Assembly: GCA_013265495.1 (NCBI GenBank)
Contig: MU058531.1
Location: 3,100,911-3,164,910 of the forward strand
Origin: Vicugna vicugna
Taxonomy: Eukaryota
Length of the DNA stretch: 64,000 bases
Reading direction: 5' to 3'
Shown: piece after piece, positions 62,646 to 64,000 of the stretch
Layout: each line of letters starts with the position of its first letter
Position numbering within the stretch: the stretch's first letter is position 1
Notes under the pieces: model-generated
Seen by the model: the letters and a program-made list of their open reading frames with translations, nothing else
Database searches by the model: none
What the model was told of the DNA's origin: nothing
Position numbers and translations under genes: made by a program

Positions 62646-64000
62646 CCCACAAAGAATGGAAACAAAGTCTTCACAAGGCACTAGCTACTCTTAAAGGTAA
62701 CAGAGTCCAATTTTGGATCAAAACTATTTTGTTCTTTAAAATTCTGCTTGCACCTATTAGATTGATTTTGTAACCCACTAATGCATCTGACTTGCTGCTT
62801 CAAAAACCCTGCTCTATTGAGAAAGCTGCTTAAACTGACACCAGTTTGCATGTCTGAGTGTAAAAGGAGGCAGGGCCACGCTGGATCTTTTAAGGCTCAG
62901 AATAATGATTTGTTTACTTGCACAATGTGTGTTTCCTAGGTCACACCAGCCTGAGGGGAAAACTGGGATCAGAACCACGGCACAGGCTGTTCTTTCTCTT
63001 TCTGCTTTCATCAACTCTCCCAGAATTGCCAGTCCCTCCTAAAAGACCCCTTCCAGTTTCTGAGAACGCCAGGGAACGTCACACATGTGTTCCCAAATAG
63101 CCTTCATTTCCCCTCTCTTCTGCTCAGGCTCCCTGCTGGGATCATTTGCCACTTCCTATGTCTGCGGGGCTGTCACTACTGTGGGACACTCAGGTTGAGT
63201 TGTACCTGGTGGAAAATCCAGTGACTTTGGTGATGCCTGAGCCATGGGCCTGGATGAGGATGCTGTTGGTGTCACATCTCTACGACAGCTTCAGGTGCCA
63301 GAGTACTTTGTGTGGTCCTCACAGCAGCCACGTGCAACAGCACTGTGCCCTTGTTACAGGCGTCCCAAAGTAGATTCTTCTTACCCCCTCAAATTACACA
63401 GGTTCAAGGGCAATGGGTTGAAGAAAAAAATCTTCATCCTTGTTCATAACCTCTTTCTTCTTCTCCAGCTCTGGACCTTGTCCCAGACCAAGCTTGGGTA
63501 TTCCTACTCTCACCCAAACTGGGAAAGAGTTCTTTCTTTCCCTGGAGGCTTCTTGGTTCTTCCATGTGCAGAGACTCTTGGCAAGGCCACAGTCTGTCAT
63601 AGTGCCCAGAAGTGCCTGCTTCCTAGAGTGAACTTACACTTAAAATAAATCCATTTTTGTCTGAGAGCTTTGCTTCCCAGGTATCAGGAGTCCCATGTTC
63701 AGAATTTAAGTCCTGTTGCAATGCTGATAATGATGATGATGACGACAAATCTTTTTCATGTATTGGACCCCATGCTAAGCACTGTAGATACATTACCGTC
63801 TCTCATTCTCTAAGCAACTTTATGTGATATGTACTATTCTACGTACTCCTCAGTTTACAGAGGAGAAAACTGTGCCCTGGAAATGTTAAACAGCCAGCCT
63901 ATGGTCATGTGGATGGCCAAGTCCAGAGCCAGCCCTGGACCCCTCAGCTCCTCCTCCAGAGCTGGGACTGGACAGTAAGCCTGCTTCAGTCAGGCCTCCC

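Noticed and set aside
63146..63648. 134-aa and neighbouring ORFs as a possible processed pseudogene or LGI1 exon
   Set aside because: No resemblance to LGI1 (signal peptide, LRR or EPTP repeats) or any protein I recognise; no polyA or TSD.
1..64000. CRISPR arrays, operons, snoRNA or miRNA genes, PDE6C exons
   Set aside because: This is eukaryotic intron/intergenic DNA with no repeat-spacer periodicity. I could not support any box C/D, H/ACA or hairpin RNA by eye; an Infernal/Rfam scan would be needed. No PDE6C coding sequence was recognised.

Overview
Mammalian genomic DNA, probably camelid, judged from two tRNA-derived Vic-1-type SINEs with target-site duplications (TSDs). The left half (about 650-32600, minus strand) holds the complete FRA10AC1 gene, a spliceosome-associated protein. 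It has a non-coding CpG-island exon 1 with an interrupted CGG tract and 13 coding exons. I reconstructed these by hand into an intact, phase-consistent 948-nt CDS of 315 aa: [315 protein letters not shown]. Intron 4 is a U12 (minor-spliceosome) intron. The right half (33-64 kb) is repeat-rich intergenic DNA (L1, L2, MIR, ERV/MaLR LTRs, hAT MITEs). By human synteny it should lead toward LGI1, but no LGI1 exon is visible. I found no convincing new protein-coding system. The best leads are RNA-level: inverted L1s bracketing exons 2-5 (circRNA or dsRNA potential), candidate poison exons flanking exon 9, and the interrupted fragile-site repeat. Repeat subfamily names come from visual recall and need RepeatMasker confirmation.
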